DNA of 64,000 bases from Saccostrea echinata (Eukaryota). A model generated the notes under the pieces. The model did not search any database. It worked only from the letters and a program-made list of their open reading frames with translations, and was not told the origin of the DNA. The stretch lies in contig NW_026889750.1 in NCBI RefSeq assembly GCF_033153115.1, positions 32,364,001 to 32,428,000 on the forward strand, given 5' to 3'. A program made the translations under genes and the position numbers. Positions 51,321-63,113 of this stretch are shown here, one piece after another. Each line of letters starts with the position of its first letter. Position 1 is the first letter of the stretch.

Positions 51321-54300
51321 TTCATGTTATTGATTTTATAGCTAGAATATGATTTATAAAGTAAAAATAAACTCAATTATGCATAAAATTTATTTGAATT
51401 GACCAAATAAACCTTGAGTTCTCTAGAGTTCTCTAGGGTTCTCTGTTTAGTAGGACCATGTTTTACCTTATGCCAAACTGGACTGAATAACGATCCCGAT
51501 CGAAAAATGAACCGAACCGAAAATTAGAGATTTTGCACCATGTATCAAACCGAGAAAAAATAATCGATACCGCGGTGAACCATTTCACTCCAAGTTTTAA
51601 ATAACCAATATATCATACAAAAACAAAATAAAATTTAAAAAATGAATATTATGCCAGGTGTTATGCTTATTTTCAATGGAATACTAATGTATGAAGACTT
51701 CATCATACTTTGTGTTATTTTAATTATTTTTTCAAATAATTTTACGCCAGAGTTAATAACTAAGAGTTCTATATAACTTAAAAAATAAAATTAAATGAAA
51801 AATAATGTGAAAAAGAATTGTAAAATTATGTGGTAAAATTATTATTTCAATTAACAACGTATTTGAAATTCAGTCGGGATCGGAATGACTTAAAATATTA
51901 CACTACTCTATGTTGTTACGTTTTCACCTTTTTTCGAGGGAAAACATCCATAAAAAATTCATGTTATTGATTTTATAGCTAGAATATGATTTATAAAGTA
52001 AAAATAAACTCAATTATGCATAAAATTTATTTGAATTGATCAAATAAACCTTGAGTTCTCTAGAGTTCTCTAGGGTTCTCTGTTTAGTAGGACCGTGTTT
52101 TACCTTATGCCAAACTGGACTGAATAACGATCCCGACCGAAAAATGAACCGAACCGAAAATTAGAGATTTTGCACCATGTATCAAACCAAGAAAAAATAC
52201 CGCGGTGAATCGATACCGCGGTGAACCGTTTCACTCCAAATCCTTAGGGCAGAAATACAAAAAAATATGGGGATAATGTGATAATTTGGCGCTTTTCCAA
52301 CAAATACCCATAGGGTTCAATAGTAAAATTGGACAACTTTTGAATGGCCCCATAAGAAATTGGGATGGTAAACATTTGATTATTTTATCTTAAAATAATC
52401 AATATACATGTAGTAGTAAAAATTCATTCAAGAAATTTTATCAAAATATCTAGGGTAGAAATAATTTGATTCAGCCTAGTTAAAAATAATGGAAAATCTC
52501 GATATGTACATGTAGTTTGTAATGTCACATACACAAGAATTGCCAATAATCGTCTTCCAAACTATAATATTTTTTGTTAATTTGGCTTTCATTGGGGCAA
52601 AAATATGCTTATACAGCATACAGCTCTTTATAGCTCCATTTTAACTTTGCCCTAATTTAGATTTGTGCATTAGAGGTAATTAACAAAACACAATAATTTA
52701 CAATTACAATAGTGATATTTCTTCAGTGCAAAGTTCCATATCAAAATACAGAGGAAATCATGTTTCAAACCCTATTGATGATGTTGATATATCATGATAT
52801 GATATCTTATCTGTACCTACTTGGATATATTTCAGGATAGACCAAACGATTTGGACACAAGGGATAGCATTTCATTTGGACTGCTTCCAACCTGTTTTAG
52901 AGCAAAGAAAATTTTTTTTAAATACGATGGATGTTATATAAATAATGCAACTTTCCTTTAAAGAAAAATCCCATGATCATTTGATGAGAGAATAACTCTA
53001 TTAGGCCTATAATGTGTGTGTTTGTTGTCGGGGTGGTGCACACCCCCATCACCTTTTTAGAAAATAGTCTTTCTCTGAAGTTTTAATTTGAATCATTTAA
53101 AGGTTGCTTCCCTCCCCCCAGTTTTTCGAAAAATTTTGAAAAGTTAGACAAAGACCGACCCCCCCCCCCCCACCTCCAAGTTTAGGTACTTTATGTTTTT
53201 TTGGGGGGGTCAAATCTATTTTTAGCGCTCCTCCTATTTTAAAAATTGTTGCTATGGGCCTGTCTATTGGTGAAGACTTACAATATTCTGACAAAAAGAT
53301 ATACATAACATTTGTTTTTGAACAACATGCAAGATTTATTTACCATATAAACGAAATATTAAATAGATGCAGTATGCTGAAAACAAAATTCATGTCTGGC
53401 GTAAAATTCTCAAATAAATATAGACTTTTCTTTTAAGTATAGACCACACGCTGATTTGCCACCAATAAAATGGATACATAAAATTATGTGTTTTGTGAAT
53501 ATCTTGCTGTAGTCTACTTCTGTATATTAAAGTAAACTTGAAATTAGGTCAAAACTAAATAAGTGAGGATTAGCATTTTGAAAGGATTTTAAATCTCAGA
53601 GTGTTATTACATGTAGTAACCTTGGCAACACCACTCATCATAATGCTAAATCAATATAAATAGATCTATAATTATTAATGTTGATGTAGTCTGTTTTTCC
53701 AAGTTTGACTGCATGAAATCAGTTTTATTCCCCCCCCCCCCTCCCAAAAAAAAGTTCATTTTATTTTTAATTATCACTCAGGGCAATGGCATTGAAATGC
53801 ACAATGGACAGAAAAAAACAGAGATATCTTTGGATTCCAAAGAAATCATTTTTTTTTTTAATTAAAGACTTGGACATGCGTGTTATGCAGCAGGTATTAA
53901 CCTTCAATCCCTCATCAGCAATGAATCAGTCCATTCAGTGCCCACCATGGCATTATTGTGTCAAAATAATTAATATAAATGTAATATGGTCTTTTTAGAG
54001 CTAAAACCTTAAATAAGGAATTTATATCTGTATTCTAATCCATATTTTAACAAATTTTTCTACAAAATGCCACATTGAAATGAATGATTATGTTGTGTTT
54101 AAATTTCTTCAGTGTGTCAAATGAAAATGAATGATTATGTGGCGTTAAATTTCTTCAGCAGATGCATATAGATATACATGTATATGTTTGTCAGCTGAGT
54201 AAATTGGCTCACACGGAAGTGTAGCTCTGGCAGTGATTTTTTTATGTGAAAGATAGCCAAGGGAGATTGAACTTAGTTCATCTACCAATAATGCTTCATG

Positions 54301-57032
54301 ATCTATTTGTCTATTATCAGTTTAATTGAAATAGGGCAAAATCTGTAATGCATAGGAATAACTGTCTAATTTTTTGGATTCATGATGTGATCAATCGAGT
54401 GGCTTGCGTGATAATTTGCATAAACGCTGAAGGGGTTTATGCATAAAATTATCACGCAAGCCAATCGATTGATTATCGTCATGAATCCAAAAAATCTGAC
54501 AGTTATTCCCTATATTTACATGCTCCTGATTCTGCAAATTCCCGTGCTAATAGCCCCGCTTCTGTCCCGCCCCGCACGTGATTTTTTTTAACCGCGCCTA
54601 TCGATGAACCTGTCCAGTAGATTTATGTAGAAATAAAGTATTTTTACAATTTGTAATTTTATCTCGGACAAAGACATTGGAAATGTAAATATATACTGTT
54701 AAACTTTACTATCTCGGAGTCAAAGGGACTAAGTTTAACCTTTGAGATATCTGAGGATTTGAGACAACAAGGTTGAAAAAGATAGAGAAAAGGTGGTTGG
54801 GACTGCCAAATCATTTCAATATATCCCTGGTATTCGAGATACTGGTGTTTCGAGAAAAAATTAACAGTATAAAAATCTGATAGATTTTTTTTTTAATAAC
54901 AAAACAATGAAATTTTTGAGGTTCATGCAAATTTGATATACAAAATTTTATATCTTGATTCAGTATTAAAGTAACAATTTGTTTTTGAAATAAAAAACAA
55001 AACCAACCAAACAAACAAACAAACAACAACAACAAAAAATCACAATCTTTTTCTTTCACAAAATAGATTTCAAACAGATGAAAGGACAATAGATAAATAA
55101 AATATGCATAAGTAATTCTTGTCTTCGAGAATTAGAAATTGGACCCATATTAAAACATAATTTTCTAATTTTAAAAATCCATCATGTATGAAATACTTTG
55201 ATATTTATTAAAAGCATTTAAATACTAAGAATACGTATAAATAAAATGCTGTGGTCGAAAGATTTTAATCATTTTAATCATTGGGAATAGAATAATGATT
55301 GAAAACAATTTTTTAAAGAGGTAGAATTTTTAAAATTGATTTTTATTGATTAAAATGAAAGGGGGATAACTCTTCAAGAACAGGACAAGATCATAAATTA
55401 GGACATTTTCCATTTTTGCATACTGATACTAATACATGGGGAATATGTCTAAATATACTGAGTATTCAACCTGTACATATTTTTTATGTATTCAATTTCA
55501 CTGAATCTGAGACTATTAGGAGTCAAATACTTAAATGGATCATCTAATTGGCAAATTCATTCTAATGCATGTGTCACAAAACCTCCCAATACCAGTACAT
55601 AGTAAGGAGTAAATCTTACATGGAAACTCCAAAGAATTCATGCAGAGCAGTAGAAACTGCTACATCTGCCTTTTCAAGGACACGATGAAATTCTGCCTTG
55701 CTTGGTACATATCCCCAATGTTCCAAATGTTCCCCAAGGATTGGCTTTGATTTCTCAAAAACACCTGACAAAGAAAGAGAACAATTAATGTACCCAATGT
55801 AACCAAGAATTTTGATGCATTATGAAGCAAAAAATTCGTATCGTATGATTTTCTGAATTGCAAATCATTCTCCATCAAGTTGCTGAACTCAGCAAAATGT
55901 CTTACTTTTAGAGTATTAAACAATGAGACTTGCATCGTACGATTTTATGAACTGCAAATTTCTTCTCCTACGATGCATTACTGGGTCAAAAAATAAACTT
56001 TATGAAAAGGAGTACTCTGTATCATATCATCAATGAAATGTTTTTCTATTTGTTGATGAGGAAATTGATATGTATGTTTGCTTGTTTTCCTACAATACCT
56101 AGATTATCTGTAAACTGTTCTCCAAGGACAGAGAGCTTAAATCGACACCCCTCTTTGTGTAAATTGATCACAGTGTTAAAGAATGATTCAGGCCCCTTGT
56201 CATGTTCCCTGAAATAAATAGTTTGTTTACTACACTCTGAATTTTAGATTTTGAGAGAGATATCACAAAAAGCTCAAAAACACTTGATGTTTGATTGATT
56301 GTCATCACTGATGATGGTCAAGTACACAGTGTCACGTTACAGTCAACCAATCTTGCCCTACTTTCTTGCTCTACAAAAATATTTGTTCTTATTCTCAAGA
56401 TCATTCTGTGGTGTAATAATTCTCTATATAACATTTTGATAAGCACACTTAAGGAATTAGTACATGTCCTTTTTAAATGTCCCTAACAGTTTAAATTAAA
56501 TAAAATTCCTGACTTTACCATCTGTGAGCCCACACAATATGCAATGGCCTCTCTTCCTGTTTAGGGAGATTGTCCCTTGACACACTATTCTGCAAGTCAT
56601 GACTTCTTTGGGCTTGAATTACAGAAAGGTCTGTAAATTTTTGCATCTGATTTGCTGTTGAGTTTGCAGTCACTGTGTCGGTTATATTAGATTGGTCAGT
56701 AAGTGTACATGTCTGGTTTTCTGAGGTACTAGTATTTGAAGTCACTAATTCTGTTCTCTTGGTGCTGTTTTTATTTTTTGAATCCAAATCTAGCATCTCA
56801 CTGGGTGTTATGCTCTCAGTACCACAAATGGACCTCTGTAATTCTAAAGTAAGATCCTCATTGGTTGTTAATCTCTCAGACTCTGAATCACTACCCTGAT
56901 AGGATAATATTGTCTCTGAGGTTGTGCTCTGATTGGCTATTAATTCCTGAGATGCTGGGTTATTGATCTGATTGCATGGTAATGAACAGGAATCCATCTG
57001 CAAACCCTCATCAGTTGAAAACTTTTTTCTAT
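46705..57032 (-). CDS. GTDC1: GTDC1/QTMAN glycosyltransferase (queuosine-tRNA mannosyltransferase), last six coding exons; 5' part not found in window
   Basis: Spliced translation gives [20 protein letters not shown]...[10 protein letters not shown]...HWGYVPSK...ADVAVSTALHEFFGVSMLEAV...CYPLCPNRLVYPEIYP...YLYNT...FSW, colinear with the GTDC1 C-terminal half as I recall it. Confidence 0.93.
47143..47361 (+). mobile_element. tRNA-derived SINE, 5'-truncated, Meta-like central domain, in the last GTDC1 intron
   Basis: B box GTTCGAATCCC, core GGATGAG..AAACTGAGGTCCCG, (AAAC)n tail. Confidence 0.75.
47603..47694 (-). CDS. GTDC1: GTDC1 exon (KQYLYNTDNQLLKTLRRFCRHPKLVREHKIQ)
   Basis: 92 nt, tttcag/gtttgt, phase 1-0. 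Confidence 0.92.
47797..48980 (-). mobile_element. Second copy (inverted) of the Pearl/Helentron-like element at 31076-32488
   Basis: Both termini and the about 145-bp units are reverse complements of the 31-kb copy. Confidence 0.88.
50140..52239. mobile_element. hAT-like MITE (TAGGGGTGAAACG...CGTTTCACTCCAA) carrying a nested MULE-like MITE and an internal duplication
   Basis: Outer TIRs; inner element 50422-52095 with TIR GGT.CTACTAAACAGAGAACCCTAGAG and 9-bp TSD TGTTTTACC. Confidence 0.7.
50583..51320 (+). mobile_element. Young, 5'-deleted Cg170-type satellite Helentron-like element
   Basis: About 2.6 highly similar 167-bp units and intact tail GCTCACTTGAGCCTTCGGCTCAGGTGAGCTAAAAA. Confidence 0.88.
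52821..52891 (-). CDS. GTDC1: GTDC1 exon (MLEAVQMKCYPLCPNRLVYPEIYP)
   Basis: 71 nt, cag/gtaggt, phase 2-1. Confidence 0.93.
54352..54513. mobile_element. Crypton-like palindromic element
   Basis: About 75-bp imperfect arms around a central AAACGCTGAAGGGGTTT. Confidence 0.6.
55620..55764 (-). CDS. GTDC1: GTDC1 exon (GVFEKSK...HWGYVPSK...STALHEFFGVS)
   Basis: 145 nt, cag/gtaaga, phase 1-2; first part of the GT-B EX7E motif (EFFGVSMLE). Confidence 0.94.
56099..56208 (-). CDS. GTDC1: GTDC1 exon ([37 protein letters not shown])
   Basis: 110 nt, tttcag/gtattg, phase 2-1. Confidence 0.93.
56519..57032 (-). CDS. GTDC1: GTDC1 exon: Ser/Thr/Asn/Gln-rich linker ending [10 protein letters not shown]
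   Basis: 514 nt, ttttcag/gtaaag, phase 1-2; matches ORF 56515-57042. Confidence 0.9.
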
Positions 57033-57311
57033 CTGAAAACAAAGTTTATGTTACCAACTTGATGTATAATATTTTCAATTTTATGATGATAATTGTACAT
57101 CATTGTGTTAACACTCAGTGACTGCATTTGTGTCCGCATCAGTCATAAATCTAACATAAATAAAAATTAATCTATTTATAACTAATAGGAATATATATTT
57201 TATTGAGCATTTTGAAATCAAGTCATTTGAAAGTCCAATCATTAGGTAACAATAGCCTTGTACATTGCAGTAACTGAGGACCTGTACCTGCTTTATATTT
57301 ATATAACCCTA

Positions 57312-57760
57312 AAAACAAGAGCCTCATGGGTCACTGTGCTCACCTGAGTCACATTTCACTCATGACAAATGAATTTTAGATACATATTTATGATTACTCT
57401 AAATTTAGTCAAGAACTTAAGGTACGTCTTCAATAAATTTTAACCTTTTGTATATTAATGTTTAAATCTGACATACAAATTGTAGCACTGCTGCTCATGA
57501 GAAAGTGTGTGTTCCTGTGTAAAGTATTTTTTATCCCCATTGGGGTCCATCTTGACTCCAAGTTCTATAAATTAATTCAACTTAAAGCTAATGTACATAA
57601 AGATATTTGCAACATAATAATAAATAATATGAACATCTGAAATATATAATAGAGAGGAAAACTATCCTGTTGTTTTGAGATGATTTTTAATGATAATTGT
57701 TCCTATATATTCTTATATTACACCTTACTGAGGTCACATTATAAATTATAGAGGATCTTG
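57312..57760 (+). mobile_element. Degenerate Helentron-like head and satellite units
   Basis: AACAAGAGCCTCATGGGTCAC..GCTCACCTGAG head. Confidence 0.55.
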
Positions 57761-59225
57761 GCCTTGAGACCTTGAACAAGTGACCTCAGAATGTACATGT
57801 GTTTCTAACAATCTTCGACCTGTATCATAAATACAAAACATGTAGGTTAATAAGAAAACATAAAAATAATCCTTGATCATCACATATAAATATGTAATAA
57901 TCAAGATCAAATCAACAATCTCTGACCATCAACTACCTACAGATCTGTAGCTTGCTGATCTGAAAAAATTGGGATGGACAACCACAGAGCTACAGAGCCA
58001 CCCACTGAAAAAAAATCAAAGTACTCAGAAGTACAGAGAGCCGGACTCATTTACAGAAAAGTGAACAAATCCGTTTTACATGAAACATACGTTGTGATAA
58101 CAGATGAATAACAACAAGCCACTGGAGGAATATGTAACACAAAAATATATTTATGGCATATATAGTATAAATAACAAAAATGTTTAAAAAATTAAATAAA
58201 ATGCAGTTTGAATTTAACAGTGTAAACAATTTATCACATGTATCGTTTCGGGGTCTAACATCACTTACAGAAGTAAATAAACATTGATGCAGCTAAGTGA
58301 AACGTTTATACACAGACGGGTCCTCAGCGGGGAGTTTTGCATAAAGGTGCGCATCGGGTCACGTGCTCCCCGCATTAGTGTTAGCCTGATAACACAAGGT
58401 TCTTTATTTATGGAATGTGACGTTGACAGAGACTTGATGAAAACCTTTCACATATTTTGAACAAATATTTAATTGAAGAAGAGGGGAGAAAGTATATTAC
58501 CATTAATGTTTTTGGGTTTAGAGAATTTTGTAGTTAACTTAAATTTGTTTATTTTAGTGTTTGTATTGCTTCAAAGGTGGTTGAGCATACGTACTATATT
58601 CTTACTCGTATTTCATTTGGCGGTGAGGAAGCAGCATTTCCGGTTGAACACCGTAACAAAAGCCGGCTATTGCTCTTCGAGCAATGAGCCCGGCTAAAAA
58701 TGTATATTTATTGCATAAAAAAAGTGTGCTGTTTCTTGATTTATTTCTCCATATATATCAAAATATTGCTTTACCTTTGTTCCTAACATATTCTATTACT
58801 ACTTCCACATCAAAACTGCATGTGCAAGTCAAGCATGAAGCGCTGTGGACTGAATTGTCTTGCCACCCAAAATGGCAGTATAAATAGGCAAAATTTTCTA
58901 TGGTCTCAATTTCAGGTCCAGGAGGGCCAACAGTTTGGGGGAATGTTTTTTTGTGGAAGTAGTAAGAGAATATGTTTGGAAAACATGGTTAGTAATGTTT
59001 TGAGATGGCAGTTTAACGAGGCCGAGTCTAATTATTTCTACCCTAGAGATTTTGATCAATTTTCTTGAATTAATTTTTACTATTATAGTAATTGTTTTAA
59101 GATTAAAAAATCAAATGTTTACTGTCCCAATTTCTTAGGGGGGCAACTCAAAAGTTGTCAAATTTTACTATTGGACCCTATGGGAATTTGTTGGAAAAGC
59201 ACGAAATTATCACATTTTTCCCATA

Positions 59226-59265
<40 letters not shown>

Positions 59266-60760
59266 CCATTCTCGTCCGTTCCAAATTTGGCATATAGCAT
59301 CTATGGGTGAAGGCGAACAAAAATTGTGAATTACATGGTCCCTGCCCCCCCCCCCCCCCGGACCTGAGGGGTGGGGCTAAAACCACCAAAAATAATGCAA
59401 TCTTTATAAATCTTCTTCTTTACTCCTGGACATCAACCAGTCAAACTGTTGGCATGATTGTAATAAGCATTGAGCCCTCTACCAAAATTGTGAATTTCAT
59501 GGCCCCAGGGTCAGGGGTTCTGGTGCTAGGGTGGGGCTATATATATCATATAGTGAAAGTGCATTATTTCTTTAAAAAATCTTCTTCTCTGCTCCTGTGT
59601 ATTAAATAAAGTACTGTAAATTCCTTATTTTACGCGAGTACTTAATATAGCGAAATGGCCCAAATCACGGGAACAATAATTCGCGAATCGGTGATTTATC
59701 TAGAGATTTTACATACATTAAAGCAACATAAAAATAAAAGCGAGTAATTTTATTTCGCGAATGGTGCTTCTCGCGTAATTACGCGATAATTTATTCCTCG
59801 CGTATATTTAGGAATCTACAGTAACTAAGTACATAATTATGATGAGCAAGAGTGCCTCTTCCAAAATTGTGAATTTCATGGCCCCAGGGTCAGGGGTTCT
59901 GTTGTTAGGGCAGGACTCTATTGATTATATAGTGAAGATGCGTTAATTCTTTGAAAATCTTTTTCTCTGCTCCTGGGTATTAAATAAACTAACTAAGAAC
60001 ATAGTTATGGTGAGCATGCCTGCCTTTTCAGAAATTGTGAATTTCATGGCCCTTGGGTCAGGGGTTCCGGTGTTAGGGCTGGGCTCTATTGATTATATAG
60101 TAAAATTACATTAATTCTTTGAAAATCTTCTTCTTTGCTCCTGGATATTAAATAAACTAAGTACATAGTTATGATTAGCATGGCTGCCTCCTCAGAAATT
60201 ATGAATTTCATGGCCCCTGGGTCAGTGGTTCTGGTGTTAGGGTGGGGCTCTATTGATTATATAGGGGAAAGGCATGAATTCTTTCAAAGTCATCTTCTCT
60301 GCTTCTGGGTATTTTTCAAACAAAAGAAGTGCATGGTTATGATAAGGAAGAATGCCTCTTCCAAAATTGTGAAATTCATGGCCCCTGGGTCAGGGGTTCT
60401 GGTGGGGGGGGAGCTCTATTGATTATATAGTGAAATGCATAATTTCTTTCAAAATATTTTTTCTACTACTGGTTATAAAGTAAAGAAACAAGTGTATAGT
60501 TATGATGAGAAAGGGTGCTTCTTCCAGAATTGTGAGTTTGTGGCCAATGGGTCAGATACGTTCTGGTGTAAGGATGGGGCTTTATTTATGTAATAATATG
60601 GTGAAAATGCATTTCTTTGAAAATCTTCTATGCTTCTGGGGATGTTCAAGACAAACAGAGTAAAAGTTTTAATATGCAAGGGTGTTTTTACCAGAATTTT
60701 GAACACCTGGACCATTTAGTCAAGTGTTCTGGTCCTGGCCAGGGCTCTATTAACTTGTAT
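59226..60760 (-). mobile_element. Satellite-bearing Helentron-like element with about 163-bp units
   Basis: Terminal hairpin AGGTCACCTGAGTCACTCAGGTGACCT after a T-run; about 6 units (AAATTGTGAATTTCATGGCCCC..GGTCAGGGGTTC). Confidence 0.85.
59612..59823. mobile_element. TA-flanked MITE nested in a satellite unit
   Basis: Near-identical to 44187-44407 apart from a 9-bp deletion and a few substitutions. Confidence 0.88.
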
Positions 60761-60822
60761 TCTGCTGAGCAAAGTTATTCCCCTTTGCCATTCACCTTTG
60801 ATAATAAATCAATTTAAATAAT

Positions 60823-61046
60823 GTACTGTGGAATCATTTAAATTCGTGGGGGTCAATGTTCGTGGGCAAGCAAAATTTTATTGGTTCATGGGGATGTAAT
60901 TTCATGGGCAGCTCATTTATTTGGTAGATATAATTAATCAGTATGTTGACAAAAAAATTGTTCGTGGGGATGTAAATTCGTGGGTAAGGGTGACACACGA
61001 AATCCACGAACATTGATCCCCCCTGAACAATGATGATTCCACAGTA
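60823..61046. mobile_element. TA-flanked MITE (TACTGTGGAATCAT...ATGATTCCACAGTA)
   Basis: 14-bp perfect TIRs; internal TTCGTGGG subrepeats. Confidence 0.85.
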
Positions 61047-63113
61047 TTTGAAAGCTTAATAGAATAAGAGAATTATGCAAGAAAATTTATTGTATAATAA
61101 AAAAAAAGTACTTTTATAGTTTTAATGACTTGGAAATAATAGATGAATAAAAATGAGACAAGAATAACTTATCTTTTTAAATGTTCTTCAAAGGCCAAGA
61201 GAGGCCATTGTGAGAAGTAATAATATGGGGTTAAATAATAGACATTTTGTTAATAGTCTGTATGGGAACCGGTGCAGATGAATTCTCGGTGCAGATGAAT
61301 TATTTTGGTAAAAAATAACAATGTTTAGATAGCTAGTATGTATAATATCCATGGAAGTCTTGAATATACAAGCGAGTCATGTGTATTCTTCAGCGTCATG
61401 CCTTGCTTACAAATTCGGAAAATAATGACATCGTTAGAGCCATTTCAGCGTTTTTTTTCCTAATTATTGTCATAAAAGCACATTTTCAGACCCATAGAAG
61501 TTACAGATAATGTTAATTTTGTATTAAAATCACAATATTTGGGAAAGGTGTAATGTCGCACATACGACTGCATGTAATTAAAAAGCTGCACAAAGTCATG
61601 CGCACTCGAATTAGACTCAGCCTCATTAAATATACAGAGAAATAAATCAAGAAAACAGCTCACTTTTTTGCGTGCAATAAAATTTTCATAATTAATAATA
61701 TACTCTTTTTTCAATGGGTGGCACTATAGCTCTCTGGTCATCCATCCCAATTTTTCAGATCCACGAGCTGCAGCTAAACATCAACCCTGCATGACCTTGA
61801 AGCAAGTGACCCAAATCAACCCGAGTCCTCTCCTTGCACCTCTACACAAATTGTATTAAATAAGTAGTCTGTAGGTTGAAAGACATTAAAGTTATCCTGT
61901 CACATGAAAGTACTGATAGTCTATAGGCCCCATTAACCACCATGCTAGGAGAGACGATCAGAATTGTTTTTAAAGCCAAAAAAAAAATTTAAAAAAAGCT
62001 TCTATAGAACAACTGAAGACAAAAACTTGACTTCTTTATGTTGTAATGCAGTAATGCTTAAAACATGACCTCCAGGCAAACGGACCACAAATAATTCCTT
62101 TGTATCAATTTCCTTGTATTACATGTAATACACATGTAGTCTGTTAAAAATTAAGTTTGGTTTGGTTTGAAGCTGATTTTTTTTTGTAATACTTAATGAC
62201 TACATTTTCTTTTTATTCTCATTTTGCTTTCCTATCATTTATAGAACAAGCATATTACCAATTTTCACAACAACTGAGTTTTACAAGATAGTTATTTGGT
62301 ATGTAGAGGCAAGAAATTTTTTCCACAAAATTTGGTCATTTTTATATATAATCATGAACAATACAAATAAACATGCAGACGGAATTCTAACAGGCAGTCT
62401 CATGTAATTAAAGATAACGAAAAAATGATAAATTCAATTACAGTATAGTCATTTATTACAACAACTACAATTATATAATCTTACAAACATTATCGAACAT
62501 TGAAAACATTCTTATGAAAATATACACAAATGGTTATTTATGTGTTTTTTTGGGGTATGCCTGTGTATAAAGGTATTATAATTATACATTGATTGTGACA
62601 ATTTGGGTATTTTTGAAAGTTTGATACTTTCATCTTTCAAATTCATGTAACACGTTCTAAAAAGTGATAAACTGTAAACAGTATAAGAGGTAGGAATCAA
62701 TATATGCAGTGTGGCTCATGCGTCCCTTCTTTATGTAGGCAAACATAATTGTCTTTTTCTCGTTTCAGCAAGGTAATTTTTACCCCAATAAGTGCAAGCA
62801 ATGCAGAGATTAAATATTTGAATTCCAAAGTCATATTATTGCTTCCATGGAATGATTTATAGATAAATAGCGGTAAAGTTCAAACGCTACCATTGTGTGT
62901 GATTACCAAACATGACCTTGAATTAATGATCTATTTAATCAAGAAATTTTATATTCAATTTGTACATAAACTGCATAAGTTTTAAGGAACATTATCCCTT
63001 ATACCAATAAACATTTTGTTTAAACAAATTACAGTGTTCTCCATAAGGGCTGAACTAAGGAGATTGTCTAGTTTTATCTTATACTAGTTTGCAGCTTCTA
63101 ACTGTACTACACA

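Larger units (their letters stand above)
57945..61776. mobile_element. Long-TIR non-autonomous DNA transposon (3.8 kb including nested insertions; termini tentatively Academ-like)
   Basis: About 70-bp imperfect TIRs at 57945-58015 and 61706-61773; interior homologous (inverted) to about 49560-49975 and 52258-52415. Confidence 0.65.
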
